The position numbers and the translations under genes were made by a program. A DNA stretch of 64,000 nucleotides, taken from NCBI RefSeq assembly GCF_006345805.1, contig NC_042997.1, positions 129,518,001 to 129,582,000 on the forward strand, read 5' to 3'. The notes under the pieces are model-generated. The model saw only the letters and a program-made list of their open reading frames with translations, was not told the DNA's origin and did no database searches. The stretch comes from Octopus sinensis. Lineage: Eukaryota. Positions 10,806 through 24,229 of this stretch are shown in pieces; positions within the stretch are counted from its first letter, which is position 1, and each line of letters begins with the position of its first letter.

Positions 10806-11572
10806 GTATAAATTAAATTAGAGATAAAACCACTAACAGGCAAATCAAACAGTGAAAAACCAAAAACAAAAACATAAAAATAAAAATATAATATAGAAAA
10901 TATATAACATATAAAATTGAAAAATTTAAAATAAACATTATTAAATTATATTTATAATTTGTTTAAAAATATATATAACTATCAAAAAGTATTAACAAGT
11001 TTGATATACATATTTATATATAGAACACACACACATATATAAATGAACGCAATAAATATCTGATTCATAATATTTGTTCTCATGAATGTGTGTTAGTGGT
11101 GGCGATGATAATTGTCTCTTTGAATGCAGACAGCGAGATAAAGAACGCAGTGTTATAAAAGGAAGGTGAAGGGGAGTTAGAGGGGAAGGGAGGAAATAGC
11201 GTGAGTGAGTTGAGGGAGACAGATACGTAAAAGAATCGGAGTGGACTTGTCAAAGTGGGTTTTTGGCCCTAGCAACGACACCTTTTAAGATAGGGATTTC
11301 TAAGGTAGCCCACGGGCATCGTCACCTCATTTTACATGTCCCTGTAAATTTTGGAGTGAATCCGACAGGATGTAGTGGCCTTGAAAGCGATCCAAGCGGT
11401 GAAAACGCATTTCAGTTTTATATATAGAGATATATATAAGTCTGTATTTGTGTCTATGTATCAGTCTAAATGTAACCAATGCTTGAACATGCATACATAT
11501 GGGCATTTACATTCAGAGAGGGTGGTTGATATCTTTTCTTATCAATTAATACTACCATGGCTAGGGTAACTG

Positions 11573-11815
11573 TGATGGTACGTGGCTTAGTGGTTAGAGT
11601 ACTTGGCTCACAATCATAAGGTCATGAGTTTTGTTCCCGGTGACTCTTTATTTCATGTTGCTCCAGTTCACTCAGCTAGCAAAAATGAGTAGTACCTGTG
11701 TTTCAAAGGGCCAGCCATGTCACATTCTGTGGAGTGTTCAGCCACTTGCATGTTAATTTCACGAGCAGGCTGTTCCTTTGATGAAAATGTTTGATGGGAA
11801 CCGGTTCAGACCAGT
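11573..11815 (+). mobile_element. tRNA-derived SINE, degenerate
   Basis: gtacgtggcttagtggttagagtacttggctcacaatc head; gctccagttcactcagctagcaaaaatgagt body, shared with 30135-30250. Confidence 0.6.
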
Positions 11816-11819
11816 TGCA

Positions 11820-12140
11820 TCCATCAAACATCATCATCTCTAAACCAGATCAAACTGGTCCAAACCAGATCAGACCGGTCTGATCCAGTTTGATGATGAT
11901 GTTTGATGGATGTGACCTTTCTGATCTGTTTTGACCAGTCTGGAATGTTCTGATCTAATTTTAACTGATCTGGACTGTTCTGATCCAGTTTGGACCAGTT
12001 AGGGTTAGGGTTTGATGAAGATGTTTGAAGATATCGTGAGGTTTGATGGATGAAGATGTTGGATGAAGTTATTTGATGAAAATGTTTGGTGAAAATGTTT
12101 GGATGTAACTGGTCAGATCCAATTTCGACCGGTCTAGAAC
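11820..12140. repeat. Modular low-complexity repeat (CTGATC/GACCAG/TTTGATG modules with TTAGGG) with internal inverted repeat
   Basis: catcaaacatcatcat...atgatgatgtttgatg foldback at 11820-11908; ttagggttaggg at ~12000; related copy at 5320-5450. Confidence 0.6.
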
Positions 12141-12599
12141 TACTTACTAGTACTAACCAATAGAAGGACTCTAACAAGGTCTCACACTTGCTAAGTGAAG
12201 CTAGGAGAATGGCTTGTGAGGGCCATGTAAGTCATGTATAAAGGTGCTGTAAGCAAGGTGAGAGTTAGTAATGGAGATAGCAATGAATTTAGTATAAAGG
12301 TAAGTTCCATTGTGCAGAATTCTCAGTTCCTTTTCATTTACTACAGTCTATTAGGCTAAAACAGAAGTATTTAAGATGGTTATCCATGAGAACTTATATA
12401 TATCCAAGTGACCTAATAATATAAGAATTCAAATAAATTCTTATATATGAATCTGTAATAGAATTAGAGAAGATATTCCGTACATGGTAGCAAAACCTAG
12501 AATCAAGAGGCCTCAAAGTAAATTTTAGCAAAGACAAAAGTCTTAGTAAGTTGGAAGGAAGACAAGGCCCTGGTACTGTTAGAGAAATGGCTGTGCTTG

Positions 12600-13270
12600 A
12601 TAAGCAGAAAGGAAGTAGAAATTCCATTCAATGTACCCAGTGACACTCAGGAGGTGTGGAATCAGAAGGAGGCAAATGAGGAAGGTAGACTTCATAATGC
12701 AACGGATACTCAGAAACAGTGACCATTAAGGGCACATAAGATAAAGTCTTTAAAATGTTTTGATGGTACAAGAAGTGTCTGGTACTTAGATGACCTTAGT
12801 GGAGGTGAATGCATCAAACGTATAGTAACCCGTATAAGATAGGATTGGAAGATCAGGGAACCATTACTCTTAGAGTGAAGGGAAGAGTCTGTGTGTGAAG
12901 TGCAATGCTGTATGATAATGAGACATGGCCATTGAATGCAAAGGATTTGTGAAATGAGGTCAGCATACTTTACTGGATATGTAGTGTTAGGGTGCATAAA
13001 CAATGGATAGATAGACTAAGAGGCAAGCTGTGTACAAGAATAATTAAGTGCAGTATGCAAAAGAGAGGACTGTACTGGTATGGGCATGTGATGTGTATGA
13101 AGAATAACAGCTGTATAAAGAAGTGCAGCCACTGAAAGTGAATGGCATCTGAGAAAATTATGAAAACTGATCTTAGAATGATTAACCTTACAGAGGAGAT
13201 GACAGTGGCTGCAGTGATTGGTGACATGCAGTGCTGGAGAAAACCTGCCTAGCTATGCTTGCATAGTGAA
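12600..13270 (+). mobile_element. Highly decayed RTE LINE C-terminal fragment
   Basis: Degenerate match to the RTE end (ggactgtactggtatgggcatgtgatg...cttagaatgattaaccttacagaggag). Confidence 0.55.
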
Positions 13271-13999
13271 ATGTCAGTTGCCAATACACCCACTTAAAAT
13301 GGAAATGACATTAGGTAACATGCACCAGCATAAGACAAGATCTTTGAAAAGAACAGCAAAAGTCTTAGGGGTGCATCAGTTGATCTGGATTCAAAAGACA
13401 TGAGACTATCTATCTCAGCACACAAATCTACCTTAAGAAACATCCAAAAATGGCTACCACACACACAGCCTTGCATGCAGCTCAAGTTCTATTCATAAAT
13501 ATTTGATCTTTTACTATGGAGCAATGGGAATAAAATAATCTATCTCAGACACACGCACATATTACGGAGATGTACTTGCATAGCAAGTGACCTGATCTGA
13601 TATTGTGTGCTGAAACAAAAACAATTGCAGCATGGGAGGTGTTTATAAGCCATTTAAAAACACAAAAACCATTAGATTCACTGCAACATTTAAATCTAAT
13701 ATGCCAAACATGTTTGAATGAGGATGTTTGACAGTGTTCAAAGAAATATTATCCCTACTCAAAAGTTCTCAACAGGTTTGCAAAATAGTGTCACTGTTTG
13801 AAGAAAGCGGTTCACTCACTGCAGACCCTCGGAGTGCAAGTTACCCAATAAATAATTCAATAGTAGGTTCACTAACCACTGGTAAAAAGATGTACCAGAG
13901 TTTTTCAGCGCTATGGCCCTACTAGAAGTTGTAATTATCAATTGAATAAATTTAGAAGAAACTGCTATGATAGTTGTCTTGTGTAGACTCAGGAGCTAA

Positions 14000-15200
14000 C
14001 CCTGACAGCTTCCAAGTGATTTTCCTAAAGGCATTTAAAGAAACCCCAGACAAACTATTTTAGTTGCTTTCCTAAAGTTTAGAGGGAAGCGCCAAAATCT
14101 AACAGAATCTGAAGGTGGGCATATATGTTCTATAAGAAGCAGAGCTTGATACAAAAAATTATTGATTTGTACCTCTGACTTCACATATTAGTAAGATCAT
14201 AAAATAAATTGTCAGGGAAAACTTGATTATGTTCTTAAAGGAAAATAGTTTGTTGAATGATACTCAACATGGTTTCTACACAGGCAGAAGCTTCTCAACC
14301 AACCAAATGTAGAAGCAGTGCAGCTGGACTTAGCAAAGGCTTTTAACAAAACTGATCATGTGGACAATACACCACAAATTTTGTGATTTAGCCAATGGTG
14401 TTCTCTTTGCATTGTCAATAGTTAGGATATTACAAAATATGGTTTTAAGGCTGATAATGTCTTTAATAGCCCTAGAAGACTTACCCTCAGTTGTCAACAT
14501 AGCCAGTCTCACAAGCTTTGCTGATGATACAAAGATATTAAGATCTTATAAATGAGACCTTGATGCTGTATACAGATGGGTTATAAAAAAATGAAACTTG
14601 ATGTAGGCAATTTCTAAGTACTTCATTATCAGACTTCCATTACAGAATACAGATATACAGGCTGGAAGGAACTAAAAAACTAGACATTGTAGGGGACCTG
14701 CATACTGTAATGATTAATAAAGCATCATTCTGAGTGCATGTTATGAAAATAGGAAAAAACATGCAGATGGATTCTGAAAACATTCACATCAAAAACACAA
14801 AAGATTATTCTTGTTCTCTAGATGACATTTGCCCTTAGTCACCTTGATGACTGCTCCCAACTAAAGTTGCCATATACTGCCAAGCTCAGAAGTGAACAAG
14901 ACAAAAATATTGATTCCTTACACCAAATGAATTAGGAGTGGTTCAAAGCTTTAAAGATGTATCCTTCAAAATGAAAAAAAGAAAGATATGAAATAATCTA
15001 TGCCAACAAAACAAGAGATATGCATGAAGTGGATATTAGCACTTTCAAAAATGAGTTCAACATGCTGCTGTGATTAACCTTTGCATCACAACAGCAGACA
15101 GCTGCATCAAATTCTTGCACTCATTGAATACTTAGCACAAGGCTTCAGTGACCATCATGAAGGTGTCCCAGCAGGAGCATAACTATATACCCAAGCATCT
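14000..15200 (+). mobile_element. Decayed CR1-like LINE reverse transcriptase fragment
   Basis: Translations LDLAKAFNK..DH and LTSFADDTKI (RT FADD motif); many stops. Confidence 0.7.
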
Positions 15201-15229
15201 CCAGTGTTAGTTACACAAGAAACAAGATA

Positions 15230-16910
15230 GTGAATATTCTGTTGTTAAAGAGAAAGACTTTGATAGAGTTCCTTGCTTGCTGCCCTGGTGGGCACTGAGG
15301 GAGAAAGAGATGATGAATGGCTTGTGAGAGCCATACAAACCATGTGCAGGGATGCTGTAGGCAAAGTGAGGGTTAACAATGAGTATAGAGATGAATTTAG
15401 TCCCCATGTCATAACAGAAAAATCTAAGATGGCTGCTCATGAGAATCACAATATATAATGATCTCAACCTTGTTTTGTTTGGATTGAGTGCTTTCATCTA
15501 TGGATTTCATTTTTTTTTTACAGTCACTCCAATAACCAGATTTGATATTAACAGCAAAGAGCCCAATCCATATTTTTTTCTTCAGCCATATCTAATGATT
15601 GTTGAACTTGCCTCTCTGTATTTGAAACGAAAACATTTAATACACCTGGACTCAATGCTCTGTCATATTTATTAGTCATGCAGGTCATAACAAATAAGTT
15701 TAAGACCTTGTTTTTGTAACTGAATCATCAGTAGGTTTAGAGTAGAAATTTTGGGCAAGGAAGGAAAATCTGGAATTGAAGAGCTTCAAAGTTAACTTAG
15801 TAAAGACTAAAATATTAGTAAGAAGAAAAATAGAGGGAAATGGCCTTGCTTGTTAAGTAGAAAAAGATAAGATAAAAATGTACCTAATGTAAACTATGGA
15901 CACACAAGAGGTGGAGTGGAATCAGGGTCTGGTGAACAGAGAAAGCAGATTTTGTATGTGGTAGATGCACAAGAATAATGAACATTAAGAGTGTAATGAA
16001 AGTATAAGCTCTCAAATGTCCAGCACAATCACCGGGGGAAGCAGGTAGCTTGATATTTTGGTAACCAAATTAATAATAGTGGAAGATATAATAGGTAGAA
16101 TAAGAACAGACTGGAGTAAGTTCAGGGAGCTACTAATCATACTCCTTTCTCTCTACTTCCAAATCATGATGCTTGAGTGTGTAGGGGTTGGAGGAGAAAT
16201 TGCATCATATCTGTTGATATCCAATAACCCCGACCATTGCTCACTACCTTCACAATCGATTTCCTCCCTTAAGCCACCCTCCCACTGACATCTGTTTGTC
16301 AATCTTTTTATTGCTATTCTTACAATCCATCAACTGTGCTCCCCCTTACGAGCTAACATTACTATCCTCCCCACTTTCTAAAATGATGAATTGGGTGACC
16401 AAGTCAGCAACAGAGGTGGATGTTCTGAGAGCATAGAGTAGGAGTAAGAATAGGCTGGATAAAGTTCAGGGAGCTTCTACCTTTGCTGGTAACAAAGGGC
16501 CTCTGCCTCAAAGTGAAAGGCAAATTGTATAATATCTATGTGCAAACAGTCATGCTACACGGTAGTGAAAACATGGGCTATGACCGCAGAGGACATGTGG
16601 AGGTTTGAAAGAAATGAAGCTAGTATGCTTCACTGGATGTAAAATGTCAGTGTGCATGTATGACAGTGTAAGCATCTTGACAGAAAAATTGGACATAAGA
16701 GGCATCAGATGTTTGTGTGGAAGAGAGAAGACTGCACTGGTATGGTCATGTGATGCATATGAACAAGGACAGCTGTGTAAAGAAGTGCTGATCTCTAACT
16801 ATGGAGAGAACCTGTGGAAGAGGTAGACTCAGGAAGATATGGGACTAGGTGGTGAGACATGATCTTTGAATGTTGGGCCTCATGCAGGTGATGACAAGTA
16901 TTCAAGATTA
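15230..16910 (+). mobile_element. Several decayed RTE RT fragments
   Basis: DEWLVRAIQTMCRDAVGKVRVNNEY (15273-15458) and LTEKLDIRGIRC (16605-16826), homologous to the better preserved RTE copies. Confidence 0.65.
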
Positions 16911-19900
16911 TTGGCAACTTTCCATTTAAAAATCTCTTTTCAAGATATCTTTTTGGTTTGTATACTTCTATCTAGAATGGAGATTTTCTAAAAGACTAGC
17001 TTCCTAGTTACAAAATCAGTGTTTGTATGGCACTGTATTTTCTATATATTGCAAGTGAGGTTAAACTTCATCATTTACACTTCACTATACACTCAGAATG
17101 AACACAATGCATGTATCAATACCACCACTACTGCATCCCTTCCAAACCTTAGACATCCCAACAGATCACAACATATGCACCAGCAATATATATATATGTA
17201 GAAATACACATAAATATACGACTGCTACATAAGTGCTGGGTGCTATAATTTAGTGGAATATGTGGAAGAGTGAGATTAAGGAAAAATTAGAATGATGTAG
17301 CAAAAACCAGCAACATGCAGTATAGACTCAAGCCTACATCTGCTACCTTAACCCTGTTTCATGTATTTGCTACTCATCTTCCCTCCCCTTCACTTCCATG
17401 ACTCAAACCCTTCCATCTCTCATCTCTCTGTAACCTGTGTTGGTTGTATGATCCTCCTCATCTTCCTGCTTCTCTCACCCTTTACTAAGCCCATATATAA
17501 GAGACTGCCAAATCATTCTCATTCCTCTATCACATTCTCCTATGTTTAGGCCTATGCATACGAAACTGTATTTAACCATCTGTACCCAGTATATTTGAAT
17601 GGCAATTATTGTCAACCATCACTCCCTACCTCTGAGCCATTTCTACTGTAACCCATCACCCACTCTTGCTTTTGTCTACCTCTGCCATTGCTCATCACTC
17701 CCCTCCTCAATAACTTTGCCTCTCCCATCATACGCTTACTCTTTGCATTCTGACTTTTCTGTTGTTATTGCACTGTCTTTAGTCTTGTCTCCCCAAAGAC
17801 CAATCAACCACTTTAGTGATGGTGACACAAGAAAAATACACCTAGTACATTCTGTACAGTGGTTGGCAATAGAAAGGGTATCCAGATGTTGAAACCAAGT
17901 TTTTCTTTCTATACTTTAATCACATCAGCACTGCATTTTTTATGCATTTTATCTAAAAACCTAATTAATATTAAATTTATTCTTTATTTATCTATGGCCA
18001 TGAGGCTACAATATGCGATAAAGACACTGATCCTTTGATGCACAGTTTATCTGCTATGATGAGACATATCAGCGTGGACATATAGTATCAAACATTATAC
18101 GGTGACTTGAAAAGTGTTAAAGCATTTCAAGTAGCATGTTGACTTGCAATCATAAGTGAAAATTGTCATTTACCGTCTAGATGAAATCCTCCAGCATGTA
18201 CATACTGTAAGAGACCAAAAATCTCCTCTAAGGTTATTCTTTAGCAAATAAAACAAGATGAAAATGAGCTAGCCAATTTCTATTATGTATCCAGTGGTAC
18301 AATCAAGGTTTCTCTTAAATTTATATTTTTAATGGCTCTGATCTCATCAGGCAGACTATTGTAAACTGAGCATAATGCATGATCTAGCATGTTTTTAGAT
18401 CTATTAAGATTAATTCTGTCAACAAACAAATTAGTTCAATTTTGATTTTCCCTGCGATTGACTTCAAAGTTAATTTTTTTCATTTTTTTTTCCAAGTCAA
18501 ATGATATGTTCAAAAACAAGTTGATGAGAGGAATGGCTTCCCACCCCAAAGACCTGGTCCATGATGATGATATAAATGTGTATATGTCTATATGTGCATA
18601 CATATGTGTCGTATTTGTACAATGCATTTATTATGTCACACACATTTGCTTTAAATGTGCAACACTGCCTTGTAAAAACAGTCAGCTCCCCACCCCATGG
18701 AAGTTGATCGATATGTACATTACATCCTGTTCCTTTTTATCTTAAGGACTATAGATTTCAAGTTCTAATCACAAGCTTCTTAAAAAGTGTTATATCAACT
18801 GATCATTCCCTAATTTTCTCAGTATCATTGTTTGCTTGGTTTTTCTCTTTCACCTTGTAACTGTTACTTGACAAATTTCACTTTTGTAATTTCATTGTGC
18901 TTTCTTAAAGAATAACAATAACTGAATGTAGGAACAAAAAACAACAAAGAAGAGAAAATGTTTTCTCTATTTCATAAAAGCATTGTTAGCCTAGCTCAGT
19001 TACATTTGTTACTTGTGCTCCTATTTTTCAGCAAGTTGACTATGATTGTGATAGCTGGAAAATTTATCTTGAATGTCCTAAGGTACATTTTAAGGAATAT
19101 AACATTATATTTACAGTTTGCATATGAAACAGATCACTTGAGGAAACAGTCACTCCTGAAGAATGATAAAAGTTTTGGATAAGATAATTATTGAAAATTG
19201 ACCAAACATTTCAAAAACACCTGCACATTCTCCTAATAAATTTCACCAATGTGTAATGAAGACATCAATTATACAGTGATTGATGACTGGGTAACAGAAA
19301 TGAGATCATTGGCATTAGATTTGAATTCTCACATTTACACCATACAAAGAAATACACTGTTCCTGTCTATGTTATGAGAATCCATTACTCAGTGATGTAT
19401 TAAAAATAGTCAAATCTTTTATTCATGCTAAAATAATCTTAGCAACTACTCAGTGGTACAAAACCAGTGAATAAAAAAACAATATTTCTATGTCATTATA
19501 GAAAAGAATCCAAAACTACATGTGATCATAATTCAACTGAAAATCTAAAATCAAATGATTGATGAAAAAGCTGATTGGAAAGCTTGCCCATAATGATTAA
19601 AAATATAATTCATGCAGAAAAATTTGGTCATCTAGTGAATGTTTGCATGACCTCATTTCAAAACTATAACTTCAAAGACAAATCAATTATAAAAATTACA
19701 GTTGCCGTGCTAATAGTTATATTAGTAGTATATATATATATGGATCAAATGAAAATGAATTTAACTGTATCTATTAAAAATTTATGTCAAGTAGTCAGGA
19801 ATAAAATGCTACATTTCAGCACAAATCAATTTATAAATTGACTATAGTACCTGAGCTGTCACACAAGAGATAAGTGTGTGTAATGATGCATATATTATTA

Positions 19901-19980
19901 TCATTAGCATTTGGCTTGTATGTATGAATATTTAATTTTTTTTCCAATTGGAGGCATTATTGAAATAAAAATGCCACAAT

Positions 19981-22769
19981 AACAGGGAAATTAATTAAAT
20001 TAAATTTATCACTCTCCAAACATACATGTTTAATTACTTTTGGTATGTACAATATGTTGTAGTCAATGATTCACACATTATTCTACACTATGTTAATTTC
20101 TACAAAAATGTTCTACCTAATTAATATCACTCCATGCAAAAGCTACAAATGTACATAATAAGCATTACTATTTACATTCACTGCAAAAATTCCTGAAAAA
20201 CAATATTTCTTGTATAGATATTAGAGTTAGGAAAGGCATCCAGCTGTAGAAACTTTGCCAGATCAGATTGTCTCTGGTGCAGCCTACTGGCTCACCAGTC
20301 CTCAGTCAAACCGTCCAACCCATGCCAGCATGAAAAGTGGATGTTAAACGATGATGATGATAATGATGATATGAGGAGGCAACAACACACCTTGGCATTC
20401 TAAAATTTCAATCAGTAATTTCAAGTTATTTCTGCTTTTATGTTCTGCTTAAGCACAACATGCAACATCCATATTGTGAGGAATTATCTAAGTTAAGTGG
20501 TGGAGCATGAGACAGCAAGTCAATGGATTGGTCAGTTATTTGGTGGAATTTGTCATTTTCATGTATTTTCTTATCACTGTTTGACATAAAAAAAAAGTCT
20601 GTCAAACTCAGGCTAGAATAATGAAGAAATCTTTTATAAATGTAGCAATGTAGAGCACATCATCATAATTTATGAACATTAAAATATTAGTTAAGCATTA
20701 TGAGAGAACAGCAGAAGCACCTTTTAAATCCAAAGAATTAAGTAGAGATGCTGTTATAGCAAGAAAGTGGAGAAGCTGTTGGGTAATTTAGAAAACTTCA
20801 AACCGTTTCTCACGTTAAGAATTATGAGACAAAGAAGACAGCAGAATGATTCCAACTGGTGTCAAATGATTTGGAAAAATCTTATTAAGTGGAACAAATT
20901 AAACAGCTTCAGTTGCTTAAGAGTTATAAGAGTTATATATACAAAGACACATAGCGTACTACATACGTATTGAGTAAATTTGATTTAGATACCAGTTCCA
21001 CTAGAACTTTAGTTTAAATAAATACAGAATTATCAGGTATCCACCATTTAAAACTGTACTGCTAAATTTAAATGCTTATAGTAATACAAATATTCCAGCC
21101 ATAGGAAAATACCCATTAAATATTTAAATTAGAACTAAACAATCACAAAACTTAAAAGCTACTGTAAATGATTCTGAAAGGGATTTCAATCTAGTCAGGA
21201 TTAAAAATATTCAAATATCTATGCACGATGATGTGGACAATGCAAATGCTTCAAATATAAAAAGCAAAACTGACAATCTATGTACAAAGTATTCCAAAAT
21301 ATTTTTTCATCTGGTTGAAGGCACTGTGTGAAAATACAAACCATAATTTGACTGTGTCCAGACAAAAAGCCAATAAACAGGGAAATTAATTAAATTAAAT
21401 TTATCACTCTCCAAACATACATGTTTAATTACTTTTGGTATGTACAATATGTTGTAGTCAATGATTCACACATTATTCTACACTATGTTAATTTCTACAA
21501 AAATGTTCTACCTAATTAATATCACTCCATGCAAAAGCTACAAATGTACATAATAAGCATTACTATTTACATTCACTGCAAAAATTCCTGAAAAACAATA
21601 TTTCTTGTATAGATATTAGAGTTAGGAAAGGCATCCAGCTGTAGAAACTTTGCCAGATCAGATTGTCTCTGGTGCAGCCTACTGGCTCACCAGTCCTCAG
21701 TCAAACCGTCCAACCCATGCCAGCATGAAAAGTGGATGTTAAACGATGATGATGATAATGATGATATGAGGAGGCAACAACACACCTTGGCATTCTAAAA
21801 TTTCAATCAGTAATTTCAAGTTATTTCTGCTTTTATGTTCTGCTTAAGCACAACATGCAACATCCATATTGTGAGGAATTATCTAAGTTAAGTGGTGGAG
21901 CATGAGACAGCAAGTCAATGGATTGGTCAGTTATTTGGTGGAATTTGTCATTTTCATGTATTTTCTTATCACTGTTTGACATAAAAAAAAAGTCTGTCAA
22001 ACTCAGGCTAGAATAATGAAGAAATCTTTTATAAATGTAGCAATGTAGAGCACATCATCATAATTTATGAACATTAAAATATTAGTTAAGCATTATGAGA
22101 GAACAGCAGAAGCACCTTTTAAATCCAAAGAATTAAGTAGAGATGCTGTTATAGCAAGAAAGTGGAGAAGCTGTTGGGTAATTTAGAAAACTTCAAACCG
22201 TTTCTCACGTTAAGAATTATGAGACAAAGAAGACAGCAGAATGATTCCAACTGGTGTCAAATGATTTGGAAAAATCTTATTAAGTGGAACAAATTAAACA
22301 GCTTCAGTTGCTTAAGAGTTATAAGAGTTATATATACAAAGACACATAGCGTACTACATACGTATTGAGTAAATTTGATTTAGATACCAGTTCCACTAGA
22401 ACTTTAGTTTAAATAAATACAGAATTATCAGGTATCCACCATTTAAAACTGTACTGCTAAATTTAAATGCTTATAGTAATACAAATATTCCAGCCATAGG
22501 AAAATACCCATTAAATATTAAATTAGAACTAAACAATCACAAAACTTAAAAGCTACTGTAAATGATTCTGAAAGGGATTTCAATCTAGTCAGGATTAAAA
22601 ATATTCAAATATCTATGCACGATGATGTGGACAATGCAAATGCTTCAAATATAAAAAGCAAAACTGACAATCTATGTACAAAGTATTCCAAAATATTTTT
22701 TCATCTGGTTGAAGGCACTGTGTGAAAATACAAACCATAATTTGACTGTGTCCAGACAAAAAGCCAATA
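19981..22769. repeat. Near-perfect tandem duplication, 1395-bp unit
   Basis: 19981-21375 is repeated at 21376-22769. Identical ORFs at 20767 and 22162; the only difference noticed is a 1-bp indel (tatttaaatt vs tattaaatt). Confidence 0.95.
20225..20370 (+). mobile_element. RTE 3' tail (duplicated at 21620-21765)
   Basis: ggaaaggcatccagctgtagaaac...ccaacccatgccagcatg...aaacgatgatgatgat. Confidence 0.85.
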
Positions 22770-23939
22770 TATTTTCAAAGGCCAAATTGGTGAAAGAAGA
22801 TTTAGAACATCAAGTATCAAATGGTACATTAGAACAGATTAAAGCTACTGAGCTGCTCCAATTTGGATATGTTATATGGATATTGAGCAGTAAAGTTTTG
22901 AATCTATGGTGATTTTAAAATCATTGCAAACATGTTGAATAAGACAGCCACTCAAAATCCAGAGGCATGATGAATTATTCCACAAATTGAAAGGTGAAAA
23001 AAACTTCAGCATAGCTGATTTAAAAGACACATATTTACAGATCAAATTAGTAAAATAATCACAAAAATGACTTGTGATGATCAATGAAAAACATGAATAA
23101 TTTGGAGTTAATGATTAAATTACAAGATTAAGGCTTGATATTCCATACACAAAAATGTGAATTTTTTTTTCTCCAAAGAAGTCAAATATCTTAGTTATAC
23201 CATTAATTTAACTGGGAAAAGACTATTTAAGAAGGGTATTGATGCTATCAGAAAATTATCAATTCCCAAAAATGTAAATGCGGTATTACTATTTGTTTTA
23301 CTCATAAAAAAACATGGCAAATCTTACAGTACCCTTGTATAATTAACCAAAAAAAAAAAAAAAAAGACCAGATGATTATCAATGGAGCTTTAATGAGCTG
23401 AAATGATAGTAAATCAGGCCACCAAGCTTACACATAATGAAAATTGGTCACTAATTTTGGCAGATGTGTCTCTAGTAAGTAATGGCGCAGTCCAGTTACA
23501 TGAAAATGGAGTTGAACATCCAAGTACATACATCAAAACATTGAATGCAAATTAATGGCAAAATTTGCAAATAGATAGAGAGGGATTAGCTTTTGTATTT
23601 GGTTTTCTTAAATTCACTCAATTTCTACCAAGATGAATCACTGACCACAAGCTATTGATCACTTATTCTCCCTGGTATTTATGTTTCAATGATTGCAGCG
23701 TTGGGCTATGTTTTTGACACTGTAATTATACAATACAATATAAGGCTTTGGAGTAATACAAGAATGCTAATACCTTAAGCAAATACTATCTGGATTTGAA
23801 ATACACCTAAATTCACAAAAGTCTTGATAGAATAATGATTACTGCTTAAAAAAAAAAATCTGCTATGAGGTTTGAAATCATTATTATCTGAATTAATCCA
23901 TAGATAAGGGTCACTGGTAAAACTAAATATTAAAGACAA

Positions 23940-24229
23940 ACTGTTACTGCTTCGTGAAGAAATCTAGGCGAGCAGGGTCACAATCACCACTGTGATAACA
24001 AGGACGAACAATGATTTGAATTTTTGGAGTCATTTATTTTCTATTTGTACATTACACTGTGCAGGTGTACCACATGTATATATAAATGTATGGCAAGTGT
24101 ACACCTGCATGATGTAATGTACGAGTAGAAAATAAATGGCTCCAGAAATTGAAACCATTGTTTGTCCTTTTTATCACAGTGGTGATTGTGACCCTGCTTG
24201 CCTAGATTTCTTCACAAAGCAGCAACAGT
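23940..24229. repeat. ~290-bp foldback (MITE-like hairpin)
   Basis: The arm at 23940-24055 is the reverse complement of 24114-24229 (~88% by eye); the spacer itself contains tgcaggtgtac...gtacacctgca. Confidence 0.85.

Larger units (their letters stand above)
19200..23800 (+). mobile_element. Decayed Ty3/Gypsy LTR-retrotransposon gag-pol remnant
   Basis: Zn-knuckle-like FYKCSNVEHI (~20635), protease-like LDTSSTRT (~20985), RT-like IADLKDTYLQI (~23010) and KEVKYLSYTI (~23175), RNase H-like QIDREGLAFVFG...TDHK (~23570-23650), in PR-RT-RH order. LTRs not seen. Confidence 0.65.

Noticed and set aside
11990-12012. TTAGGG repeats as interstitial telomere
   Set aside because: Only two units, embedded in a dispersed repeat.
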